A DNA stretch of 64,000 bases, from the NCBI GenBank assembly GCA_017467165.1, contig JAFTST010000004.1, positions 595-64,594 on the forward strand. The letters are read 5' to 3'. Below are positions 16,108-24,125 of this stretch, in pieces. Within the stretch, counting starts at the first letter, position 1, and every line of letters starts with the position of its first letter. The notes below the pieces were generated by a model. That model saw only the letters and a program-made list of their open reading frames with translations. It ran no database searches and was not told the DNA's origin. A program made the position numbers and the translations under genes. The DNA comes from Clostridia bacterium. GTDB taxonomy: Bacteria > Bacillota > Clostridia > Oscillospirales > CAG-272.

Positions 16108-17409
16108 TTAAACTATAAGTGTCAGCACGCCGAGTGCCGTGAGTATGGTGGGGATCGCTATAGTAACGCCGATGCGAAGAAAATCAAGGTATCCAAACTT
16201 GTGTCCGTGCTCCTTCAGTATGCTCGACCACATAATTCCCGCCAGGGCGCCAATTGGCGTCAGGAATGCGCCTATGTTGGAGCCGATAACAGTGCTGAAT
16301 ACCGCCGCCCTCGTCGCCGCGGGAGCAACGCTCTCGATAATGGAGCAGAAGAGCACGCTCATAGGAATATTGTTGATGACGTTAGCCGAAAGGAAGGACA
16401 GAAGACCGTACTTAATAACGGCTGCGCTCTCACCGAGAAGCGTGGCAATGCCGGAGGTAACTCCCTTGTTCTCAAGGGTGATAACCATAACGAACATACC
16501 GATAATGAAGGGAATAAGCTGCCAGGGCGCGCGCTTGAGGCAGGCGATAAGCTCGCTCGGGCGCTGCTTTCTTACAAGCGAAATAACAAGCGAGAAAAGG
16601 AACAGCGACAGGGCGCTGACGAGCGATACCAGCCACATTTCAAGACCGATATACGAGCCGATGGCGAGCGTCACCGTGCAGACCGCGAGGTGGGCTATGC
16701 CTACGTACAGGCTGAGCTTATCCTTGATGTGCGTTTCCTCCGGCTCGCCGAGAATCGGCTCGGAGAGCTTCTTTCTGTACAGAAGATACAGGGCGAAAAA
16801 GGCAACCGTTCCCGCCGCCAGAGTGGGAAGAAGCATAACCTTGGTGTAGTCGAGGAAGTTGATGCCGTATGCCGTGGAGAGATAGATGTTGGTAGGGTTT
16901 CCTATGATAAGCATCATGCTCCAGGTGTTCGCCGCCACGAATTCGGCGGCAAGGTAGGGCATCGGGCTTATCTTGGCGTTCTTGGCGAAGTAGCAGATAA
17001 AGGGGGTGAACGAAAGTATAATAACGTCGTTCGAGGTGAAAACGGTCAGCACCGAAACGATAAGATAAAGGTACAGAAAAAGCTTTTTCTGACTTGTCTT
17101 CGCCCGTCTCAGCGTCAGGTTAGCAAGGTGACTGAAAAAGCCGAGCTCGTCGAGGAATATCGACAGAACCGTCATCGAGATGAAGAGAACGAGTATCTTT
17201 ATCGGATTTATCGCCGTGTCGGCAATCAGGGCGGCGCCTGCATCGGCGGGAGCAATCTGCCCCGTGACGAGCAGAACGAGCGCTCCCAGCAGTGCTATAA
17301 CCCAATAGCTGTCGAGCTTAAGCCTGCCCAGCCTGATATTAGGGAAGAACAGCACGCCCGCTATCATTGTAACGCAGGCTGTGGCGCATATGATTATTGA
17401 CGGTATCAT
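16108..17409 (-). CDS. ArsB/NhaD-superfamily anion permease
   Basis: 433 aa with 10 or more TM segments. INPIKILVLFISMTVLSIFLDELGFFSHLA and TSNDVIILSFTPF are typical of the ArsB/YbiR/CitMHS-like fold. The gene ends 16 nt before the TIR-LRR start. Confidence 0.65.
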   Translation of the reverse strand: MIPSIIICATACVTMIAGVLFFPNIRLGRLKLDSYWVIALLGALVLLVTGQIAPADAGAALIADTAINPIKILVLFISMTVLSIFLDELGFFSHLANLTLRRAKTSQKKLFLYLYLIVSVLTVFTSNDVIILSFTPFICYFAKNAKISPMPYLAAEFVAANTWSMMLIIGNPTNIYLSTAYGINFLDYTKVMLLPTLAAGTVAFFALYLLYRKKLSEPILGEPEETHIKDKLSLYVGIAHLAVCTVTLAIGSYIGLEMWLVSLVSALSLFLFSLVISLVRKQRPSELIACLKRAPWQLIPFIIGMFVMVITLENKGVTSGIATLLGESAAVIKYGLLSFLSANVINNIPMSVLFCSIIESVAPAATRAAVFSTVIGSNIGAFLTPIGALAGIMWSSILKEHGHKFGYLDFLRIGVTIAIPTILTALGVLTLIV

Positions 17410-17425
17410 ATCTCAAAGTGTCCTT

Positions 17426-19039
17426 TTATACCTCGGGAATTTCCACTCCCTCGGGAAGCTCGTCGGGAACAGTTCCGTTTTCTACATAGTCTATGTAGGA
17501 TGAGTAGTAGGAGAGGATGATGTCGTTGAGCTGCTCGTCGGTAACCTCGTCAAGCTCGCTGTAGTTATCAACCACGTAGTCGGACATTCCGCGGACAACG
17601 TCCTCCTCAAGCTCAATGCCGTTTTCCTTGAGCGTTTCGTCCATCTTTGTGTTGACTGCGTCGCGGTATTCGTCCTCGGTTTCAAAGTCCTCTTTATCGA
17701 TAGCGAGGGTCTCGTTAAGACCCGACTTGACGTTCTCATATGTTTCGGTAACACTCTCGTCAAGTCCCATAGAGTCTGCCATTATCGAGATGGACAGCTT
17801 GGTGAAAAGGGTAACGAGTCTGCCCGTTCTCGGATTTGTGTTAAGAGTGGTGATAATCGTGTCTATAACCAGCTCGCCCTCTGCATTTCTCATAACGAGC
17901 GCGTCCTGCAGAGCCTCGGTGTTACCCTCGCCGAGCATAGTCATAATGCCGTTATCTCCCATAATATAGTAGACCTCGAGCATTGTCAGAAGGTCACCCT
18001 CTATGTTCTCATAGGAGCTGTCGTGGAAGATGGAGAACGCCTCCTTGAAAAGAGAGGTGTAGGGCTCCTCGAGAGGAAAGCTGTCCATATTTTCGGTCAG
18101 GGCGGTTGACGAGCCGCGGAGTATTCCCGCGAGTATATTCGCCATATACTCGTCCTCGCTCATTTCCTCTACTATTTTTCTGAGGGTAGCCTGATGCTCG
18201 GGAGAGGGAGCCTTCCAGTCCATTCCCTTGAGCTCTGTCGCATCAAGGAATACACCTGCGAAAAGCGAAGCCTTTTCTCTCATATCGTAGCTTTCACCGT
18301 GAACCTCGGCGTGAGTGAGTCCTGCGAAAAGCGCATCTCCGCCGTTCTCGGAAATTATATCAACCACAGGGTTTTCAAACGCCTCGTCAAGATATGCGGC
18401 GTAGAAGCCCTCAACCTTTTCCTTCGATTCATCGGAGATGCTCTCGCTGACAAGAAGGTCAACCTTGATATTCTCGGCAACTCCGAGGAAGCCTGATACG
18501 GGAAGAAGAACGCATACCGCGATAACAGCACCTTGTACGATTCCCATAACGCCGCCAAGCAGCGTGGAGAAAAAGCCCTTGTGTCTGTCGACGAGTCCGA
18601 GAAGCGCTCCAAGCAGCCAATATACGAGCATAAGAACTGCCTTTGCTATGTAGAAGCAGGTGATGAATATCGCGGGAGCTACTCCGATAGCTATGAATAT
18701 GCCGAGGATATACTGTATCGTCTCGGCGTCAAAGGCGTTAATGATTTCTCGGGTCTCTGCGGGGACATCGGTTGCGTACGAGGGATAAAACGTCGTGGCA
18801 AGCTCCTCAATGGTCTTGCCCTCTAAGAGCTTATCTACCACACCGGTAAGACTCACCGCGAGAAAATAAGATACGACTGCGGCAATGGCAATAGTTGCAA
18901 TTCTGATTACCGTTTTTCCAAAGCCGCGCTTAAGTCCTGTGAAAAAGCCTAAAAGCATACTTAACGCTGCGAAGGCGAGTATGCCAAGCGAAATCCAACC
19001 GCCGACGGTCGCGGGCGGAATAGTAATATTGAAATTCAT
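17426..19039 (-). CDS. CvpA-family membrane protein with a long acidic C-terminal extension
   Basis: N-terminal 190 aa have 4 TM with GFFTGLKRGFGKTVIRI (CvpA-like RGF motif). A soluble D/E-rich region of ~350 aa follows. The gene ends 16 nt before the permease start. Confidence 0.55.
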   Translation of the reverse strand: MNFNITIPPATVGGWISLGILAFAALSMLLGFFTGLKRGFGKTVIRIATIAIAAVVSYFLAVSLTGVVDKLLEGKTIEELATTFYPSYATDVPAETREIINAFDAETIQYILGIFIAIGVAPAIFITCFYIAKAVLMLVYWLLGALLGLVDRHKGFFSTLLGGVMGIVQGAVIAVCVLLPVSGFLGVAENIKVDLLVSESISDESKEKVEGFYAAYLDEAFENPVVDIISENGGDALFAGLTHAEVHGESYDMREKASLFAGVFLDATELKGMDWKAPSPEHQATLRKIVEEMSEDEYMANILAGILRGSSTALTENMDSFPLEEPYTSLFKEAFSIFHDSSYENIEGDLLTMLEVYYIMGDNGIMTMLGEGNTEALQDALVMRNAEGELVIDTIITTLNTNPRTGRLVTLFTKLSISIMADSMGLDESVTETYENVKSGLNETLAIDKEDFETEDEYRDAVNTKMDETLKENGIELEEDVVRGMSDYVVDNYSELDEVTDEQLNDIILSYYSSYIDYVENGTVPDELPEGVEIPEV

Positions 19040-19081
19040 ATAAGGCGCTCCTTATCTAAAATATTTTTACTCGGCAAATTA

Positions 19082-19110
19082 ATAATACTACAATTTAACT
19101 CTAATGTCAA
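19082..19110 (-). promoter_or_regulatory. sigma70-type promoter of the cvpA-like / permease / TIR-LRR operon
   Basis: On the minus strand TTGACA (19110-19105), a 17-nt spacer, then TATTAT (19087-19082). AAGGAG RBS precedes the ATG at 19039. Confidence 0.55.
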
Positions 19111-19184
19111 TAACAGAAAAGAAAAAGAGAATTTTCAAAAAATGGAAAACAGAGAAAGCCTACCCAAAATAATACTCTCAAAGC

Positions 19185-19380
19185 CAACAGATGCGAAAGC
19201 GAGGGCGGAGGCGCTTATGCAAATTTTTCCTTTGATATGCTAACCTGCCCCGCTCCCGCATTTCGCAGTGCTTTTTGTTATTTTGTTGAAATTAAACAAA
19301 AAGGGGCAGTCCCAAAGGGACCGCCCACAAGATTGATTTTAGCATAGCGCGCGCTCGTTGTCAAGCGTTTTTACAAAAAT
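19185..19380 (+). ncRNA. candidate structured RNA upstream of hpf (possible raiA-motif-type RNA; unverified)
   Basis: A GC-rich island in an AT-rich 530-nt intergenic region. A long imperfect hairpin pairs TGCGAAAGCGAGGGCGG with CCGCTCCCGCATTTCGCA. GGGCAGTCCC-AAA-GGGACCGCCC is a second hairpin. CTGCCCC can alternatively pair with GGGGCAG (pseudoknot potential). The island lies upstream of hpf's own promoter. Confidence 0.3.
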
Positions 19381-19454
19381 AGCATTAAAACGCCACCAAA
19401 ATTAACCGTTTGTACATAAGTTATAAAATTCGGTGTAGAAACACAAAAAAACTG

Positions 19455-19483
19455 TTTACAATCACCACAAAATCTGCTATAAT
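19455..19483 (+). promoter_or_regulatory. sigma70-type promoter of hpf
   Basis: TTTACA (19455-19460), a 17-nt spacer, then TATAAT (19478-19483), about 90 nt before the hpf ATG. Confidence 0.6.
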
Positions 19484-19574
19484 AAAAGTGCGAAAGGGGA
19501 GATTCCCCGATCGAGTGGAACTCCAACTTCGCTATTCCACAGGAAAGGGCTCCCGATGGGAGCAGGTGAACGGT

Positions 19575-20099
19575 ATGAGGATCACGATTTACGGCAAGCA
19601 GATGACCGTCAGAGAGAGTCTTAAGACGGCAGTAGAGAAGAAGCTATCAAGATTTGATAGATTTTTCGGGGAGGAAACCGAGGGATTTGTCACCTGTCGG
19701 GTTAGGAAGAATGCCAAGATAATCGAGATTACCGTTAATTACGGTGGAGTAACCTACAGGAGCGAGGATGAAAGCGACACCTTCTTAACGGCGCTGGACA
19801 GAGCTGTCGAGAGTCTTGAAAGGCAGATAAGAAAGAATAAGACCAGACTTGAAAAGCGCATGAAAAGAGATGCCTTCGCCTTAGCGGAGGAAGACAACGA
19901 TGAGTACGTTGAGGAGGGTGATTTCGAAATCAGGGTTAAGACCTTCCCCTTCAAGCCGATGAGTCCTGAGGAGGCTATACTGCAGATGAATCTTCTCGGA
20001 CACAGCTTCTACGCCTTTACCGACGACAAGACCGGCGAGGTCTGCGTAGTATATAAGAGGCGCGCGGGAAGCTACGGTCTTATTATCCCGGATAATTAA
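19575..20099 (+). CDS. hpf: ribosome hibernation promoting factor (long HPF / RaiA family)
   Basis: MRITIYGKQMTVRESLKTAVEKKLSRFDRFF... N-domain plus the C-terminal dimerisation domain (FEIRVKTFPFKPMSPEEAILQMNLLGHSFYAF). The start is set at ATG 19575 because the promoter lies inside the longer TTG-initiated ORF (19410). Confidence 0.9.
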   Translation: MRITIYGKQMTVRESLKTAVEKKLSRFDRFFGEETEGFVTCRVRKNAKIIEITVNYGGVTYRSEDESDTFLTALDRAVESLERQIRKNKTRLEKRMKRDAFALAEEDNDEYVEEGDFEIRVKTFPFKPMSPEEAILQMNLLGHSFYAFTDDKTGEVCVVYKRRAGSYGLIIPDN

Positions 20100-20874
20100 G
20101 CTCCTGAAAACAAGAAAAGCCGAGGATGAAGCCTCGGAGAAAGGAAGGACGGTCCAATGGCACACTTGTAATTAAGTGGCAGGCAGCCCGTTAAAATTGA
20201 ATACGGGTGGGACCGAATTGAATTGAACCATCGGTACGCTTGCCATAATAAGCGTCTGTGACTGACGGCAAAACAGCATTCCGGTATAGATGATTTTCCC
20301 CATACCGTCAGCCGCTAAAAAAATAATTATATATACCGAACTCAGAAGAAAAAAGGTATGGACCAATGAGATAGTTAATTTCTTTAACGGTAAGGATGGG
20401 CAGGAGCCCCCGAAAGTCGTGATTGCGAGTAAGCTTGCTGCTTCAGGCAGATCACGGAATGATTTTTGGTACAGTCCAATGAACACCTGAATTTTTTGTA
20501 GGTAAATTCACCACTCGACTTAAAATTACTGTTATGAAAAGCCTAAAATAAATCTGAGGTCGCCGCGACGCGACAGGGGATAGTCCAAAGAATTTTCGCC
20601 CCGACAGGAATGAATCGGCAAGGAAGCCAGAGGACTAAAAGGAAAAAGCAAGAGCCAAAGATACGGATATACCCCGTCCGGAAACATGGCGCAATGAATC
20701 AACCGGTATATTCCAATGAACTAATAAGGGCAAGGCGTGTTAAATTTAATGAAATTTTACAGGCTTAAATGCAAAGAAAACTTTACAACTGAATATTTGA
20801 TTACTTGATTTATTAAATCTCAACGAGATTTGCCCGTGCCGGCGATATGGCACACAAATTATGCTCGAGCTTGT
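20100..20874 (+). ncRNA. ~770-nt ORF-poor, structure-rich region (unclassified large ncRNA or long hpf 3' UTR)
   Basis: No convincing ORF on either strand. Many local helices, e.g. CTGACGG...CCGTCAG, GATATACC...GGTATATT and AAATCTC-AAC-GAGATTT. Recurring GGTAnnnnCCAATGA motif at 20355, 20468 and 20705 (plus GGTCCAATGG at 20151). The region ends at the strong terminator at 20875-20912. Confidence 0.35.
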
Positions 20875-20912
20875 GCGAGGACGCCTTTTGGTGTCCTCGC
20901 TTTTGTTTTTTT
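20875..20912 (+). terminator. strong rho-independent terminator
   Basis: GCGAGGACGCC-TTTT-GGTGTCCTCGC (11 bp) followed by TTTTGTTTTTTT. Confidence 0.8.
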
Positions 20913-20993
20913 CGAAAAAATACTTTCTCTATTGAATTTGCGGGAATAATGATGTATACTGTCCTTGATAGTGACCCGTCCCGGAGGTTTATT

Positions 20994-21977
20994 ATGAAGG
21001 ATTTACTTTTTGCCTTTAATTCTGTGGCGCCGATTATATTTACCGTTGCCGTCGGATATTTTCTGAAACGCATAGGGATGATTGACGCAGCCCTTGCCAA
21101 GGCGGCTAACCGTCTGGTTTTCAGAGTGTTTCTGCCGGTTATGCTCTTTATGAACGTCTACGGCATAGACAGCCTCAGCGGAGGCAGCTACGGATATGCC
21201 ATATACGCCACTCTGGCGGTTGTTCTGATTTTTCTTGTAGGAATACCCGTAGTTATGCTGCTGACTAAGGACCCGTCAAGACGGGCTGCGCTTTTGCAGG
21301 GCATTTTCCGCTCTAACTATGCTCTTATCGGTATTCCTCTTGCCGAGAGAATAGCGGGAGCTGAGGGCGCCGCGGTTGCTACCGTTTTGTCGGCTGTCAC
21401 CATACCCGTGTTTAATATTCTGGCGGTAATTGCCCTCTCAATCTTCACCGAGGGGAAGAAGGGAAGCCTGAAGAATGTCCTACTCGGCATTGTGAAAAAC
21501 CCCCTGATAATAAGCATCGCAGCGGGCCTTGTAGCTCTCGGTGTCAGGGCTGTTTTTGTCAGATGCGGCGTTTCCTTCCGACTGAGTGAGGTAACCAGCG
21601 TCTGGGCGACGATGAAATATCTGTCAAATATAGCGACTCCTATGGCGCTTATTGTGCTTGGCGCGCAGTTTGAGTTTTCGGCGGTATCCTCGCTGAAAAA
21701 AGAGATTATCTCGGGCACGCTTCTTCGCAGCATTATAGTGCCCCTTCTCGGACTTGGAGTAGCATATCTCGCCTTTGGCAAGAGCTTCAGCGGAGCAGAG
21801 TACGCCGCTCTCGTTGCGGTCTTCTCGACGCCCGTTGCGGTTTCCAGCGTGCCTATGGCTCAGGAGATGGGCGCGGATAGTACCCTCGCGGGACAGCTCG
21901 TTGTTTTCACCACTCTCAGCTCGGCGTTTACCGTTTTCCTCGCGTCATTTGTTCTACGCCTTCTGGGTGTGTTCTGA
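20994..21977 (+). CDS. AEC (auxin efflux carrier) family permease
   Basis: MKDLLFAFNSVAPIIFTVAVGYFLKRIGMID... and 10 TM, typical of AEC/malate-permease-like proteins. GGAGG lies 6 nt upstream of ATG 20994. The longer ORF from 20847 would span the terminator. Confidence 0.8.
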   Translation: MKDLLFAFNSVAPIIFTVAVGYFLKRIGMIDAALAKAANRLVFRVFLPVMLFMNVYGIDSLSGGSYGYAIYATLAVVLIFLVGIPVVMLLTKDPSRRAALLQGIFRSNYALIGIPLAERIAGAEGAAVATVLSAVTIPVFNILAVIALSIFTEGKKGSLKNVLLGIVKNPLIISIAAGLVALGVRAVFVRCGVSFRLSEVTSVWATMKYLSNIATPMALIVLGAQFEFSAVSSLKKEIISGTLLRSIIVPLLGLGVAYLAFGKSFSGAEYAALVAVFSTPVAVSSVPMAQEMGADSTLAGQLVVFTTLSSAFTVFLASFVLRLLGVF

Positions 21978-22030
21978 CAGCTTGTCATTATTACCAAATC
22001 TTAGAGATTTTAACTTTTATTGTCTTATTT

Positions 22031-22071
22031 ATCCGTCCTTGCGCTAAGCCGGGGCGGATTTTTGTTTTTTT
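22031..22071 (+). terminator. rho-independent terminator after the AEC gene
   Basis: ATCCGTCC...GGGCGGAT stem followed by TTTTTGTTTTTTT. Confidence 0.6.
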
Positions 22072-22098
22072 CACTACACCAATCCTCGCGTGTATAAT
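22070..22098 (+). promoter_or_regulatory. candidate promoter of the pectin-locus operon
   Basis: TTCACT (22070-22075), a 17-nt spacer, then TATAAT (22093-22098). About 200 nt of AT-rich leader precede the first ORF. Confidence 0.4.
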
Positions 22099-22300
22099 AT
22101 TATTGAAGGTAAGCGTTTTTAATCCGGAGAGATTATATTTGTTGAAAGTGCACAAAAAGTCGAACAACTTTTTATCCGACTTAAAATGTTTTATCAAAAG
22201 ATATCAAAAAATTGAAGATAAATATTGTATGTTGTCAAAAAAATCAAGGCAAAGATTTCTGGGTTGTTGTAAAATTAATTATCAATAAAAAAAGGTTTTT

Positions 22301-23023
22301 TTGATTATCTTTATGCAGAATATTTCTTTCAAGCAATATAAGTACATTGACCTATCGATTTTAGCGGTGCTTCTCGCCATATCGGAGGCTGTGACAACGG
22401 TTGCTACAAACAAGTGGTTTGTCGGTGTTCCGTTCGCCATATCGACCACGCTTCTTCTGACGCTGGTAGCTATGATGCGATGGAGCGGCTACGCGGCGAT
22501 AATCGCGGCGCTTGGCGGTGTGGTTTTCTCGATTGCCTCTGGCGCTGACACTTCGCAGTACCTCATATATACGGTCGGCAATTTGTTTTCGCTTCTCGGT
22601 CTTTTCGTTCTTCTTCCGGTTGGAAAGGAGCGGGTACGCAGGAGCGCGCCCTGGACGCTGCTTTACTGTGCTGTGTCCTACGCTTCGCTTCAGCTCGGCA
22701 GATGGCTTGTATCCCTGATATTCGAGCTGAGCATCGGCAGTCTTCTCGTCTTTCTCACTACGGATATAATCACTCTTCTGTTCTCTGCGGTGGTGCTGCT
22801 TCTTTTGAGAAGGGTTGACGGGGTGTTTGAGGACCAGAAGCACTATCTTCTTCGTCTGGCTGAGGAAAGAGAAAAGGGCTCCTCCGAGGATTCCGGAGCC
22901 GGTGGTGCGTATTACGGCGAGGCTTTTGACGGGGAAGAATACGACGACCTGATTGAGGATGAATACACCGATTACGACGATGAGGGCGAATTCGTGGAAA
23001 AGGAGCCGTACATCGATGACTGA
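22301..23023 (+). CDS. multi-TM membrane protein with acidic C-terminal tail (ECF-S-component-like?), unknown function
   Basis: About 6 hydrophobic helices, then a tail EEREKGSSEDSGAGG...EEYDDLIEDEYTDYDDEGEF. The start is uncertain (TTG 22301 or ATG 22313). Confidence 0.45.
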   Translation: MIIFMQNISFKQYKYIDLSILAVLLAISEAVTTVATNKWFVGVPFAISTTLLLTLVAMMRWSGYAAIIAALGGVVFSIASGADTSQYLIYTVGNLFSLLGLFVLLPVGKERVRRSAPWTLLYCAVSYASLQLGRWLVSLIFELSIGSLLVFLTTDIITLLFSAVVLLLLRRVDGVFEDQKHYLLRLAEEREKGSSEDSGAGGAYYGEAFDGEEYDDLIEDEYTDYDDEGEFVEKEPYIDD

Positions 23024-23047
23024 TAACAAAGTTTTTTCAAGGAGGGC

Positions 23048-24115
23048 TTGCCTGTGAAAATAAAAAGTGACGACTACCTCGTATATGACGAGGCGACAGG
23101 AAAATACAGAGAGGACGCTGAGCAGGCGGTCAGGGACGACGTTGAAAAACGGCATTGGATTATCGTTCTGAGGACTGTTCTCAAGGACTGGCGACTGTAT
23201 CTTATGCTCGTGCCGATGCTTCTGGTATTTTTGTTCTGGAGATACTTCCCGATGTACGAGCTGCTCGGAGCATTCAAGGTTGATGACTCGAATCTTGACG
23301 TCGCAGATCAGCTGTACGCAGGCTTCTCTTATTTCAGAGAGCTGTTCTCGGGCGCTACTTCCACTTCGCTGGAATTCTGGCGCGCCTTCAGAAACACCTT
23401 CCTTCTTTCCTTCTACGGACTCTGCTTCGGCTTCCCGATGCCGATAATCATAGCGCTTTTCTTCAACGAGATACGCTCCAACATTGCGCGCAGCGTATAT
23501 CAGGTTATTACATACTTGCCCAAGTTTATGTCAACCGTCGTTATGACCACGCTTATCACGATGCTCGTGCGTCAGTCATCACTCACGATTGATATTGAGA
23601 TGGGTATCATCTCGAAGTTCCTCGTCAATCTCGGTCTTATCACCGAGGAGGTCGGACACGCCGGACTTCTCAACAACCCGGGCTTCTTCCGCGGAATCTA
23701 TCAGATAAGCGGAATCTGGGAAACCGCGGGATACGACAGTATAGTATTCTTCGCGGCTATTATAGCAATTTCGCCGACAAGCTACGAGGCGGCGCAGATT
23801 GACGGAGCGGGTAAGATGGCGCAGATGCGCTACGTCGTGCTCCCCAGCATTCTCTCCACCGTGATTATCATGCTTATCACGAGAATTGGCTCGCTGCTCA
23901 ACGTAGGCTACGAGAAGGTGCTTCTGCTCTATAACGATAACACGTACGTCACAGCAGACGTTGTATCCACCTTTGCTCAAAGGATGGGAATGGGAACGAA
24001 TCCCTCCATCGGTCTTGCCTCTGCGGCAGAAATGCTGAACAACGTAGTCGGTATGCTTCTGGTTATAGGAGCTAACACCATCGCCCGCAAGGCGTCCGAC
24101 GTATCACTGTACTAA
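23048..24115 (+). CDS. carbohydrate ABC transporter permease (LplB/MalF-type)
   Basis: LKDWRLYLMLVPMLLVFLFWRYFPMY N-terminus and EAAQIDGAGKMAQMRYVVLP (EAA loop). AGGAGG RBS. Confidence 0.85.
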   Translation: MPVKIKSDDYLVYDEATGKYREDAEQAVRDDVEKRHWIIVLRTVLKDWRLYLMLVPMLLVFLFWRYFPMYELLGAFKVDDSNLDVADQLYAGFSYFRELFSGATSTSLEFWRAFRNTFLLSFYGLCFGFPMPIIIALFFNEIRSNIARSVYQVITYLPKFMSTVVMTTLITMLVRQSSLTIDIEMGIISKFLVNLGLITEEVGHAGLLNNPGFFRGIYQISGIWETAGYDSIVFFAAIIAISPTSYEAAQIDGAGKMAQMRYVVLPSILSTVIIMLITRIGSLLNVGYEKVLLLYNDNTYVTADVVSTFAQRMGMGTNPSIGLASAAEMLNNVVGMLLVIGANTIARKASDVSLY

Positions 24116-24125
24116 GGAGGAAGAT

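Noticed and set aside
19410-19574. N-terminal extension of hpf (ORF-track start at TTG 19410).
   Set aside because: A near-consensus promoter (TTTACA-17-TATAAT, 19455-19483) lies inside the extension. The extension has no HPF homology, and ATG 19575 begins the conserved MRITIYGK sequence.
20100-20912. Possible RNase P RNA, tmRNA or group II intron identity for the long non-coding region (GGAAGGACGGTCCAATGG vaguely recalls the GAGGAAAGTCC box).
   Set aside because: The exact RNase P CR-I box and the ACAGAA-type CR-IV/V elements are absent. There is no tRNA-like end or tag ORF for tmRNA. There is no GTGYG 5' end or domain V for a group II intron, and the length does not fit any of them.
20172-21100. 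Small ORFs (104 aa on the minus strand, 66 aa on the plus strand, 95 aa on the minus strand, and the 20847 extension of the AEC gene) within the hpf-AEC intergenic region.
   Set aside because: They have no RBS and odd composition, and they overlap one another on both strands. The 20847 extension would read through an 11-bp-stem terminator. The AEC protein's conserved N-terminus starts at ATG 20994, which has a GGAGG RBS.
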